Origin: Minisyncoccota bacterium
GTDB taxonomy: Bacteria > Patescibacteriota > Minisyncoccia > JAHIHE01 > JAGLIN01
Assembly: GCA_041661265.1 (NCBI GenBank)
Contig: JBAZUT010000001.1
Coordinates: 129,854 to 193,853 of the forward strand
Direction of reading: 5' to 3'
Length of the DNA stretch: 64,000 nt
A model generated the notes under the pieces. It did not search any database. It was given only the letters and a program-made list of their open reading frames with translations, and was not told the DNA's origin. The stretch's first letter is position 1; each line of letters opens with the position of its first letter. Both the position numbers and the translations under genes were made by a program. Positions 17,857 through 26,199 of this stretch are shown here, piece by piece.

Positions 17857-18405
17857 ATGATATATCTCATCGGAGGAGCTGCGCGGAGTGGCAAAACAAT
17901 TCTCTCAAAAAGACTGCTGACTGGAAAAAGTATCCCCTACTTTTGCATTGATTATCTTGTCAGCGCCATCGATCGAACACTGCACAACAAACCTTCTTTT
18001 GATGCTGCAATGAAGATTCAGCCTCAGCTGGAATCAATGATCAGAAATATCACAGAAATTGAACCGGACTATATCGTTGAGGGAGACAAAATATTGCCGG
18101 AACTTGCAAGCAGGCTTTCAAAAGAATATCCGAACCAAATTATTTCTTGTTTTCTCGGTTATGCGTCCGCCGACCCTTCAATCAAAATGGAAGAGATAAA
18201 ACAAAATCCTGGTCCCATAAATAATTGGACAAAGAACTCATCGAACGAGGAGCTTATGCAATTAATTGCAGAAATGACCGATTATAGCGCCTTTATAAAA
18301 AAAGAATGCAATAAATATGATATTCCGTACTTTGATGTATCGAATAATTTCTCAAAGAACATAGACTTGGCTTTTCAATATTTATCCATTAACAAATCCA
18401 CATGA
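17857..18405 (+). CDS. P-loop kinase (2-phosphoglycerate kinase-like)
   Basis: LIGGAARSGKT Walker A, IVEG. Confidence 0.75.
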   Translation: MIYLIGGAARSGKTILSKRLLTGKSIPYFCIDYLVSAIDRTLHNKPSFDAAMKIQPQLESMIRNITEIEPDYIVEGDKILPELASRLSKEYPNQIISCFLGYASADPSIKMEEIKQNPGPINNWTKNSSNEELMQLIAEMTDYSAFIKKECNKYDIPYFDVSNNFSKNIDLAFQYLSINKST

Positions 18406-18821
18406 GCGAACAAATATATCCCGAACCGACATGCGGCGCGCTGATCTTTAATCCAAAAGGACAGATATTTTTGATGAGATCCTATAAGTGGAAAGATAAA
18501 TATGTCATTCCCGGAGGCCACATCGAACTGGGAGAAAAAATGCCGGACACAGTGAAAAGAGAGGTCAAGGAGGAAACCGGAATGGATATACGCGACATAG
18601 AATTTATCTGCTTCCAGGAGTTTATTTTCGGTGATGAGTGCTGGAAAAAGAAACACTTTATTTTCTTTGATTTTGCCTGCGAAACAGATTCTGCAGAGGT
18701 CACGCTTAACTCCGAAGGGCAAGAGTTTATCTGGACCGGTTTGCAGGAGGCCCTGAAACTGCCAGTGGAACCATACACAATGCATGTTATCAAAGAATAC
18801 ATGAAACTTCGCGTGAAATGA
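18402..18821 (+). CDS. NUDIX hydrolase
   Basis: PGGHIELGEKMPDTVKREVKEETG Nudix box. Confidence 0.92.
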   Translation: MSEQIYPEPTCGALIFNPKGQIFLMRSYKWKDKYVIPGGHIELGEKMPDTVKREVKEETGMDIRDIEFICFQEFIFGDECWKKKHFIFFDFACETDSAEVTLNSEGQEFIWTGLQEALKLPVEPYTMHVIKEYMKLRVK

Positions 18822-18886
18822 TCATTTTGCCAAAACAAAAACCTGCATAATCTGTTCGTTCAGAGTTCTGCAGGCAACTGATTCTT

Positions 18887-19084
18887 TTATGTTCTACTCC
18901 TTAGGGGCGGCATGTAGGTCACAACTATCAATGCGACCGCCGGAATGATCTCAGAGATCACTTTATATCGTTTTATGTGATCAAATTGGATCAAACCCGC
19001 AATCACAGGCAAAGCCACTGCCGCCACGATCATAAAGCCGACAAGTCTTAACATATTTTCTTTAGACGTTCCATACAACTTCAT
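18887..19084 (-). CDS. Small two-TM hypothetical protein
   Basis: GGAGG SD; own consensus promoter at 19154-19182. Confidence 0.6.
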   Translation of the reverse strand: MKLYGTSKENMLRLVGFMIVAAVALPVIAGLIQFDHIKRYKVISEIIPAVALIVVTYMPPLRSRT

Positions 19085-19153
19085 ATTTCAATCCTCCGGA
19101 TTTCATTCGCTTTGTTCGTTTCACGCAAATAAAATCACGCAAAATGTATTTAT

Positions 19154-19182
19154 ATTATATCATAAATATAATCACGTGTCAA
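19154..19182 (-). promoter_or_regulatory. Consensus sigma70 promoter
   Basis: TTGACA-N17-TATAAT. Confidence 0.7.
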
Positions 19183-19207
19183 TAAGGGCTTAATTCAACT
19201 TTTGCTC

Positions 19208-19236
19208 TTGCCAAAAAGAAAAGCCCGTGCTAACAT
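19208..19236 (+). promoter_or_regulatory. rpsF operon promoter
   Basis: TTGCCA-N17-TAACAT with TGn. Confidence 0.55.
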
Positions 19237-19351
19237 AAAAACACTTAGATATATGGCGTATATGACATACTTTATACGTCCAAAGGTCCATGTATATCTG
19301 TTTTTATTGTGTTCGGTGAACTTTTAATCAATCAAATTTAATCAAAGAAAA

Positions 19352-20179
19352 ATGACAAATTACGAAGTCTTGTACATTCTGCCCTCAAGCCTCACAAGCA
19401 AGGAAATTGCCGATAATTTCAAGGATATAAGAGAGAATATCGAAAAATTGGGCGCTAAAATGCTTGTAACTCTCGTTGACCACCCATTCCTCGTAAAAGC
19501 GGAAGCTTCAAGAGAGGAAGAAACCGAGGAATTGAAAGGCCTCACTATAGTAAAAAAGAAACTTGCTTATCCCATCAAAAAGAATAAGATCGGTTTCTAT
19601 TGCCTTATTAATTTCAGTATCGAGGGAGCGGACGTTCATAAGATCGACAGATATCTCGCTCTCAACAACACCGTCCTTAGATACATCATCGTCCAAGCTG
19701 ATCCTATGACCGTGGATGAGCTCGCCCTGCTTCATAAACTGTTCGCAAGAAAAAGAGCCGAGCAGGAAAAAGAAGAAAAGGACAGAGAGAAAGAAGAAAG
19801 AGAAGCCAGAGAAGAAAAGAAGGAAGCAAGGATCGAAAAACCGGTGTTTAAAGAAATGAAGAAAGAAGAAGCAAAGGAAGAAGTCAAAGAAGAAGCTGCT
19901 CCGAAAGAAGAAAAGAAGGAAGAAAAAGAAGAAGTTGAGGCCAAAAAAGAGAAGGAAAAGAAAGAAGTGAAGAAAGAAAAAGAAGAAGAGAAAGCTCCCA
20001 AGAAGGAAAAGAAAGAAGTGAAGAAAGAAAAGACAGCTCCTAAGGAGGAAAAGTCCGAAGAGTCCGAAGAAGAACCTAAAGAAGAGAAAAAGAAAGACAG
20101 CGGAAAGAGGAAAAAGAAGATCAAGCTGGAAGACCTTGAAGACAAGCTTGATGAGATCCTCGAAGATACGATGATATAA
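19352..20179 (+). CDS. rpsF: 30S ribosomal protein S6 with an insertion and a long K/E-rich C-terminal extension
   Basis: YEVLYIL...KKLAYPIKK...GFY...VLRYII; rpsF-ssb-rpsR synteny. Confidence 0.9.
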   Translation: MTNYEVLYILPSSLTSKEIADNFKDIRENIEKLGAKMLVTLVDHPFLVKAEASREEETEELKGLTIVKKKLAYPIKKNKIGFYCLINFSIEGADVHKIDRYLALNNTVLRYIIVQADPMTVDELALLHKLFARKRAEQEKEEKDREKEEREAREEKKEARIEKPVFKEMKKEEAKEEVKEEAAPKEEKKEEKEEVEAKKEKEKKEVKKEKEEEKAPKKEKKEVKKEKTAPKEEKSEESEEEPKEEKKKDSGKRKKKIKLEDLEDKLDEILEDTMI

Positions 20180-20354
20180 ACGGCAGATACGGTATTTATA
20201 TCATATATGATCTATAGCAACGCTTTCATCATTTTGTTATAGAATTGTATTATTCACATTACTGCATCGCTGCATTATCCTGTTGCCGAAAGGCGATGCG
20301 ATAATGATCGACAGCAACGGAGCAATACAACAGTTTAACAATTCATTCAAACAC

Positions 20355-20828
20355 ATGAACTTTAATAAAGCTATAATCATTGGAAGAGTGACCAAAGATC
20401 CGGAAGTGAGAACGACTCCCAGCGGCCAGAATGTCGCCTCGATCGGAGTCGCGACCAACAGGGTCTGGAATTCGAACAGCGGAGGAAAACAGGAAAAGAC
20501 TGAATTCCACAACATTGTAGCCTGGGGAAAATTAGCCGACATTTGCGGCCAATATCTCACCAAGGGACAGCTTGTCATGTTCGAAGGACGCCTCGAAACC
20601 AGGACATGGGACGGACAGGATGGTGTGAAAAGATCAAGGACGGAAATAATCGCCGAAAATATGCAGATGGGCCCTAGAGCGGGACAAAAAGGCGGATATT
20701 CCGCTCCGCAGGGCGATGACGCAAAGAGCCCGGCCAAGACAAGCGAAAAAGCGAAGCCCGAAGATGCTCCCAAGCCAAGCCAGAACGAGAGCGAAGAAGA
20801 GATAAAGATCGAAGACATCCCGTTCTAA
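20355..20828 (+). CDS. ssb: Single-stranded DNA-binding protein
   Basis: MNFNKAIIIGRVTKDPE...EFHNIVAWGKLA...C-terminal EDIPF; start moved to ATG 20355. Confidence 0.96.
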   Translation: MNFNKAIIIGRVTKDPEVRTTPSGQNVASIGVATNRVWNSNSGGKQEKTEFHNIVAWGKLADICGQYLTKGQLVMFEGRLETRTWDGQDGVKRSRTEIIAENMQMGPRAGQKGGYSAPQGDDAKSPAKTSEKAKPEDAPKPSQNESEEEIKIEDIPF

Positions 20829-20873
20829 GCTTGAACGAGACAGAAACATTTAAACACACTTTAAGCCAAATAA

Positions 20874-21113
20874 ATGAGAATGAACAACAACCAGAGAGAG
20901 ATAAATGTACCGAAAAAGCATTGCCTTTTCTGCATCGAAAGAGAAAGGAATGTGGACTACAAGGATCCTCAGACGCTCCGAAGATTCATCAATCAGAGAG
21001 CTAAGATCATGCAACCCAAGAAGACCGGAGCTTGCACAAAGCACCAGAGATTGGTTGCAAACGCGATTAAAAGAGCGAGATTCATAGGTCTGCTTCCTTA
21101 TATTTCAAAGTAA
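20874..21113 (+). CDS. rpsR: 30S ribosomal protein S18 (zinc-binding type)
   Basis: CLFC, VDYKD, TGACTKHQR, AIKRARFIGLLPY. Confidence 0.96.
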   Translation: MRMNNNQREINVPKKHCLFCIERERNVDYKDPQTLRRFINQRAKIMQPKKTGACTKHQRLVANAIKRARFIGLLPYISK

Positions 21114-21130
21114 GAAGCGCGATCTATAAA

Positions 21131-21168
21131 ATAAACAAAACAGCCCGATCAGGGGCTGTTTTGTTTAT
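21131..21168. terminator. Bidirectional terminator between rpsR and recA
   Basis: ATAAACAAAACAGCCC-gatcag-GGGCTGTTTTGTTTAT. Confidence 0.85.
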
Positions 21169-21181
21169 GTGAAAACTTTTT

Positions 21182-22237
21182 TTACAATGCCGCATTCTTC
21201 ACTTCTTCTTTTACGGCTTTGTATATTCCGGCGACCAGCTCACTCGTCAGCTTTGGATTTTCTTTGAGGTATTTCCTGCTTGCTTCATATCCCTGTCCGA
21301 GTTTTTCGGATCCGTAGTTATACCAGGCGCCGCCCTTGGAAACTATATTGTATTTTACCGCTGTGTTCAGAACGTCTCCGAAATATGCTATCCCCTCGTT
21401 GTGCATCAGATCGAATTCGGCGATCTTGAATGGAGGAGCGATCTTGTTCTTGACCACTTTGGCCTTGACCCTGCTTCCGATCACATTGTCGCCCTGCTTT
21501 ATTTGGGCGGACCTTCTCACTTCTATCCTCACCGAAGAATAGAATTTGAGCGCGTTCCCTCCGGTCGTCGTTTCGGGATTTCCGAATACGACTCCGATCT
21601 TCATCCTGATCTGGTTTATGAAAATAACGGTGGCATTCGATTTGTGGACGATGCTGGTGAGTTTCCTGAGCGCCTGGCTCATGAGGCGGGCCTGAAGACC
21701 CATATGAGAGTCGCCCATCTCACCTTCGATCTCCGCTTTCGGAGTCAGCGCCGCCACCGAGTCGATCACGATCAGATCCACTGCGCCGGACCTGACCAGA
21801 GCTTCAACGATCTCGAGAGCCTGCTCTCCGCTGTCCGGCTGCGAGATGATAAGATCGTTTATCTTGACGCCTATCCTTTTGGCATATTCCGGATCAAGAG
21901 CATGCTCCGCATCCACAAACGCCGCTATGCCTTTCTTTTTCTGGAGCTCCGCGATGACATGCAGTGTCAGCGTTGTCTTTCCGCTGGCTTCCGGACCATA
22001 CACCTCGATTATCCTTCCTTTCGGGATCCCTCCGCCGAGAGCTATATCCAGCGAGATCGATCCTGTCGGAATAAAATCGATATCCATGGTCCTTGCTTCT
22101 CCAAGCTTCATGATGGACCCTTCTCCGAACCTGCCCTTTATTTCATCAAGCGTGTCATTGATGATCTTGTCTTTCTTGTCTTTTTCTTCTGTCGACTTCT
22201 TTTCTTCCGCCAGCTTCTTTTTTTCTTCTTTTGCCAT
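21182..22237 (-). CDS. recA: Recombinase A
   Basis: [40 protein letters not shown]. Confidence 0.98.
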   Translation of the reverse strand: MAKEEKKKLAEEKKSTEEKDKKDKIINDTLDEIKGRFGEGSIMKLGEARTMDIDFIPTGSISLDIALGGGIPKGRIIEVYGPEASGKTTLTLHVIAELQKKKGIAAFVDAEHALDPEYAKRIGVKINDLIISQPDSGEQALEIVEALVRSGAVDLIVIDSVAALTPKAEIEGEMGDSHMGLQARLMSQALRKLTSIVHKSNATVIFINQIRMKIGVVFGNPETTTGGNALKFYSSVRIEVRRSAQIKQGDNVIGSRVKAKVVKNKIAPPFKIAEFDLMHNEGIAYFGDVLNTAVKYNIVSKGGAWYNYGSEKLGQGYEASRKYLKENPKLTSELVAGIYKAVKEEVKNAAL

Positions 22238-22280
22238 ATTTTTTTATTGGTTACAATTTAATATTCGAAATTATTTAATA

Positions 22281-23009
22281 TTATCCTTCGATATTATTTT
22301 TCAAATAGTCTTGTGGAACAGCATCGATCTTTTTCTGATACACAACATCAATATCCTCTTTGGTGGATTTTTCAAACCTGTTCTTTGCTTCGACGGTGAT
22401 CTGATTCCTCCCCGGCTGAAGCGATATGATCTCCTTGAACTTTCCGTCCGCGCTGACATAAACACTCTGGCCGTTTATCTCGATGGAGACCTCCTTCTCA
22501 GTCTCTCCTTCAACTGAAATCTCGGGATTTTCGACGATAGCATTCTCCGAAGGGCTTTTCACAAGAAGGTACGGCTTTGAACTGAACGAACTGATCTGAT
22601 GCCACAAATAGTATCCGACCACAACGACGATGATCGCGCTGAAAAAAACAGTGACCACCCTCGGAGTGACAATAGGATAGTTCGAGTCGTATTTTGCTTT
22701 TTTCGGGGTTTCTTTCGGCGCTTTTTCGATCTTATCGTTCACAGTCACTTCTCTCTTGAACATATTTACCATCTTCGAAGCATCAAAACCCACAAATTCA
22801 GCATAAGCCCTGATAAATCCCTTCACATAGACTTCCGGCGGAAGATTGCCATAATCGTCGTTCTCTATGCTTTCGATATATTCGGGTTTGATCTTCAACT
22901 TTGCTCCAAGATCATGCACTGTGATCCCCATCTCTTCTCTTTTGGACTTGAAACACTCCCCTACAGTTACGCTTTCTACGACTTTTTTTGTCTTGAATTT
23001 TCCTAGCAT
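22281..23009 (-). CDS. RodZ-like HTH_25 membrane protein with a C-terminal Ig-like domain
   Basis: IENDDYGNLPPEVYVKGFIRAYA, a single TM, Ig-like tail; lies downstream of ftsK. Confidence 0.8.
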   Translation of the reverse strand: MLGKFKTKKVVESVTVGECFKSKREEMGITVHDLGAKLKIKPEYIESIENDDYGNLPPEVYVKGFIRAYAEFVGFDASKMVNMFKREVTVNDKIEKAPKETPKKAKYDSNYPIVTPRVVTVFFSAIIVVVVGYYLWHQISSFSSKPYLLVKSPSENAIVENPEISVEGETEKEVSIEINGQSVYVSADGKFKEIISLQPGRNQITVEAKNRFEKSTKEDIDVVYQKKIDAVPQDYLKNNIEG

Positions 23010-23012
23010 AAA

Positions 23013-25427
23013 TTAATATGATTCTTGTGAATTCTCTTCTTCAACTAAATTTCCATTCCCATCCGTTGAAGCATCCTCTTGCGAAATTGTATTATCGGCA
23101 TAGACCTCTCTGGGTTTTGCTCCCTCTCCCGGCCCGATTATGCCTTTGTCTTCCATGAGATCGAGCAGCCGCGCGGCTCTTGCATAACCCACGCTCATCC
23201 TCCGCTGAAGAAGCGATGCCGAAGCCTTTCCCGCGCTCCTTACGACTTCAACCGCTTCGTCAAAACGGTCGTCTTCGCTTTCCGAATCTTCGCTTTCCGA
23301 ATCGAATCCCAGCTTGCTTTTCTTGCTCGCGGTCACCTCTTCGTTATATTCGACCTCTCCTTCTTTCTGGCTCTTCAGGTATTCCGAAACCTTATTGACC
23401 TCTTCTTCAGAAACGAAAACTCCCTGGATCCTTCTGGGCTTATTCGATTCATTGGACAGATACAGCATGTCTCCGCTTCCGAGGAGCTTCTCGGCGCCGC
23501 CCATGTCGAGAATAGTCCTTGAATCGATCTGGCTTGCGACCTGGAACGCGATCCTGGTCGTTATGTTCGCCTTGATAAGTCCGGTTATGACCTCAACAGA
23601 AGGCCTCTGCGTCGAAAGAACAAGGTGTATGCCGACAGCTCTCGCCATCTGGGCAAGACGGACGACCGTGGCTTCCATTTCCCGTCCGTGCGTCGCCATA
23701 AGATCGGCGAGCTCGTCAATGACGATCACGATATATGGAAGGACATCCAGCTGAGTATATTTCGTAATAACCGCATTATTATAGGATTCGATGTTCCTGC
23801 ATCCGATGTGGCTGAGAAGTTCATATCTGTTGTCCATTTCTCCGATCGACCACTTGAGGGCATTTATGGCCTTATCCGGATCCGTTATGACCGGAGTCAG
23901 AAGATGCGGGATCTCATTATATGAAGTGAGTTCGACCCTCTTGGGATCGACCATGATAAACTTGATGGTCTCGGGAGAATTCTGGAACAACAGTCCGGTG
24001 ATCAGAGTGTTGACGCAGACCGTCTTTCCGCTCCCCGTCGCTCCGGCGATCATAAGATGCGGCATCTTGGCCAAATTTGCGATGATAGGAGTTCCTGAAA
24101 CATCGCGACCGAGAATAATGCTCAGATTTGATTTTCTGTTATGGAACTCTTTCGAATTCAGAATACTTTTTAGCCTCACCATTGCCACAGCCTGATTCGG
24201 GATCTCGATGCCGACCAGGGATTTTCCGGGGATCGGAGCCTCGATTCGGAGCGATCTTGCCGCAAGAGCCAGCGCAAGGTCATTTTGCAAACCGGTTATC
24301 CTGCTGAGTTTTATTCCCACCGCAGGCTTCAGTGTGTATTGAGTGACGGTCGGACCGACGTTCACATCCGCCATGTCCACCGCGATACCGAAATTCGCCA
24401 GAGTCCTTTTTATGATATTCGAATTCGCCTTTATGTCCCCGCTCGTAGGCTCGCTGTCCACTCCATCAAGAATATTCACGGATGGAAGTTTCCAGCTTCC
24501 GATCTTTTTCGGTCTTCTTGGTTTCTCCTCGATCTCTTCTATCGTTTCGTCATTGCCAGCCGAATCTCCTTCCTCGTCTTTAACTGAATTTTCCGCTTCC
24601 TGAGGAACATCTTCCGCTTCACCGGGAACTTCAACAGGCTTCACGGAGAATCCTGAATCTTCCTGAATCTCTTCCACTATCGGCTCTTCTTTCTTTTTCG
24701 ATCTGAATCTTTCAGCGATCGAAGCCAGAATACCGGATTTTTTCTCTTCATGTCCGGATACGTTGATCTTTATGTCTTTCACTTCCTCCACCTCGGATAC
24801 TTCTTCTTTCTCCTTCACCTGAACTTTTTCTTTCGGTTTTTTCGCCAGAAATTTTTTCAATATATCGGAAAGCGAAGCATTGAACGCTATGAGGATCGAG
24901 ACCAGAAAGAACATTGCGATCACGACTATAGCCCCGGAAGACCCTGCAAGACTGACAAAAAGCCATGCGAAAATTGCGCCTATATACCCTCCTCCCGTTC
25001 CGTCTCCCGCCTTCGCAACACTGAACATTTCTCCCGGATCATAGAACACATGAAAGAAAGAAACGATGGAAACCAGCATCATCGCGACTCCGAAGATCGA
25101 AGCTTCGCTCGCGCGTTCATTCTCGTCTTCCTCTGACCGTATTATTTTCCAGCCCCAAGCTATAAGCGCAAAAGGAAACAGTACATAGCCATATCCGAAC
25201 AGCAATTTCGTTATCCTATTGATCCCTTCTCCCAGACTTCCGGACAGATCGAAAAAACTGAGAATTATTATCACTGAAAATGAAAATATAAAAATTCCGA
25301 GTATATCTCTTTTTATTTTATCGCTTATGCTGATCCTGGGAAGTTCCAGCTTCGGTTCCAGAAAACTGTTATTTTTCCTTTTTCTTCTTGACATATATGG
25401 GGTATTTTTTATGATGTTTACCTTCAT
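23013..25427 (-). CDS. ftsK: DNA translocase FtsK/SpoIIIE (likely start 25394)
   Basis: 4TM N-term, AGATGSGKT, DPKRVEL, IDELADLM, gamma domain ASASLLQRR. Confidence 0.96.
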   Translation of the reverse strand: MKVNIIKNTPYMSRRKRKNNSFLEPKLELPRISISDKIKRDILGIFIFSFSVIIILSFFDLSGSLGEGINRITKLLFGYGYVLFPFALIAWGWKIIRSEEDENERASEASIFGVAMMLVSIVSFFHVFYDPGEMFSVAKAGDGTGGGYIGAIFAWLFVSLAGSSGAIVVIAMFFLVSILIAFNASLSDILKKFLAKKPKEKVQVKEKEEVSEVEEVKDIKINVSGHEEKKSGILASIAERFRSKKKEEPIVEEIQEDSGFSVKPVEVPGEAEDVPQEAENSVKDEEGDSAGNDETIEEIEEKPRRPKKIGSWKLPSVNILDGVDSEPTSGDIKANSNIIKRTLANFGIAVDMADVNVGPTVTQYTLKPAVGIKLSRITGLQNDLALALAARSLRIEAPIPGKSLVGIEIPNQAVAMVRLKSILNSKEFHNRKSNLSIILGRDVSGTPIIANLAKMPHLMIAGATGSGKTVCVNTLITGLLFQNSPETIKFIMVDPKRVELTSYNEIPHLLTPVITDPDKAINALKWSIGEMDNRYELLSHIGCRNIESYNNAVITKYTQLDVLPYIVIVIDELADLMATHGREMEATVVRLAQMARAVGIHLVLSTQRPSVEVITGLIKANITTRIAFQVASQIDSRTILDMGGAEKLLGSGDMLYLSNESNKPRRIQGVFVSEEEVNKVSEYLKSQKEGEVEYNEEVTASKKSKLGFDSESEDSESEDDRFDEAVEVVRSAGKASASLLQRRMSVGYARAARLLDLMEDKGIIGPGEGAKPREVYADNTISQEDASTDGNGNLVEEENSQESY

Positions 25428-25547
25428 ATTATAGCTTAAAAATAATACTAAAGCAAAAACAGCGCACTTGACATTTTCCGGATTTCTGATAGGATATAGT
25501 GTTAATTATGGCTCCCGATTTGGAGTTATGATTAAGGAGGAACAAGT

Positions 25548-26039
25548 ATGTCTATGAGTCAATTCGATTTGTATTTCTATGTGTCCGGAATCGTTGGGAT
25601 AGTATCGATGATGGCCTTGCTTCTGAATATCGGGAAAAATAGGATCAAACCGCATACGACATTGGTCGGACTTCTTATATGCACCACTCTATCAGGAGTC
25701 GCTATCATAACGACAATGGGAGTATTTTCCTACGGCTCGAACTTTGATCCGATGATGATAGTGGTCTCAGTTTCGATCATATCCATGCTGGCCATAGCCA
25801 ATATTCAGCAGATAGCCGAAATAGCCGGCAGAAACAGTCTTGGCGTTCCGGCACCTCTCAAAGACGGGATATTTATTGCAGAAAGCAACAGCGAGAGATT
25901 CAACGGAATAAGCCGCGTCTGGCTCAGAAAACCGCCAAACGACAAGGGAACGGAAAGAGTATATGAGATACCAAAAAACACGCTAGTCCTGTCCGGACAA
26001 ACCGTCGAAGTGAAAAACGGAGAAATATTAATAATCTGA
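25548..26039 (+). CDS. Hypothetical three-TM membrane protein
   Basis: AAGGAGG SD, TTGACA promoter at ~25468, three hydrophobic segments. Confidence 0.7.
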   Translation: MSMSQFDLYFYVSGIVGIVSMMALLLNIGKNRIKPHTTLVGLLICTTLSGVAIITTMGVFSYGSNFDPMMIVVSVSIISMLAIANIQQIAEIAGRNSLGVPAPLKDGIFIAESNSERFNGISRVWLRKPPNDKGTERVYEIPKNTLVLSGQTVEVKNGEILII

Positions 26040-26140
26040 TCCTCTGCTGGAAAAAGCAGAGTTTTTTTAAAGTTCGGATAAAGCAAGAAGGAGCTTAGCT
26101 CCTTAAATATTTTCCAATCACGTCGGTTCTGAATATAAAT

Positions 26141-26180
26141 ATAAAAACAATCCCCGCTTTTATTGCGGGGTTGTTTTTAT
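26141..26180. terminator. Terminator of the giant surface protein gene
   Basis: ATAAAAACAATCCCCGC-loop-GCGGGGTTGTTTTTAT. Confidence 0.8.
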
Positions 26181-26199
26181 CTGAACTGAACCTATGGAT

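Noticed and set aside
11500-18821. Integron or CRISPR interpretation of the repeat-rich array
   Set aside because: No integrase, no attC core pattern, no identical repeats with regular spacers and no cas genes
19732-20145. S/F-rich minus-strand ORF
   Set aside because: Antisense of the K/E-rich S6 tail
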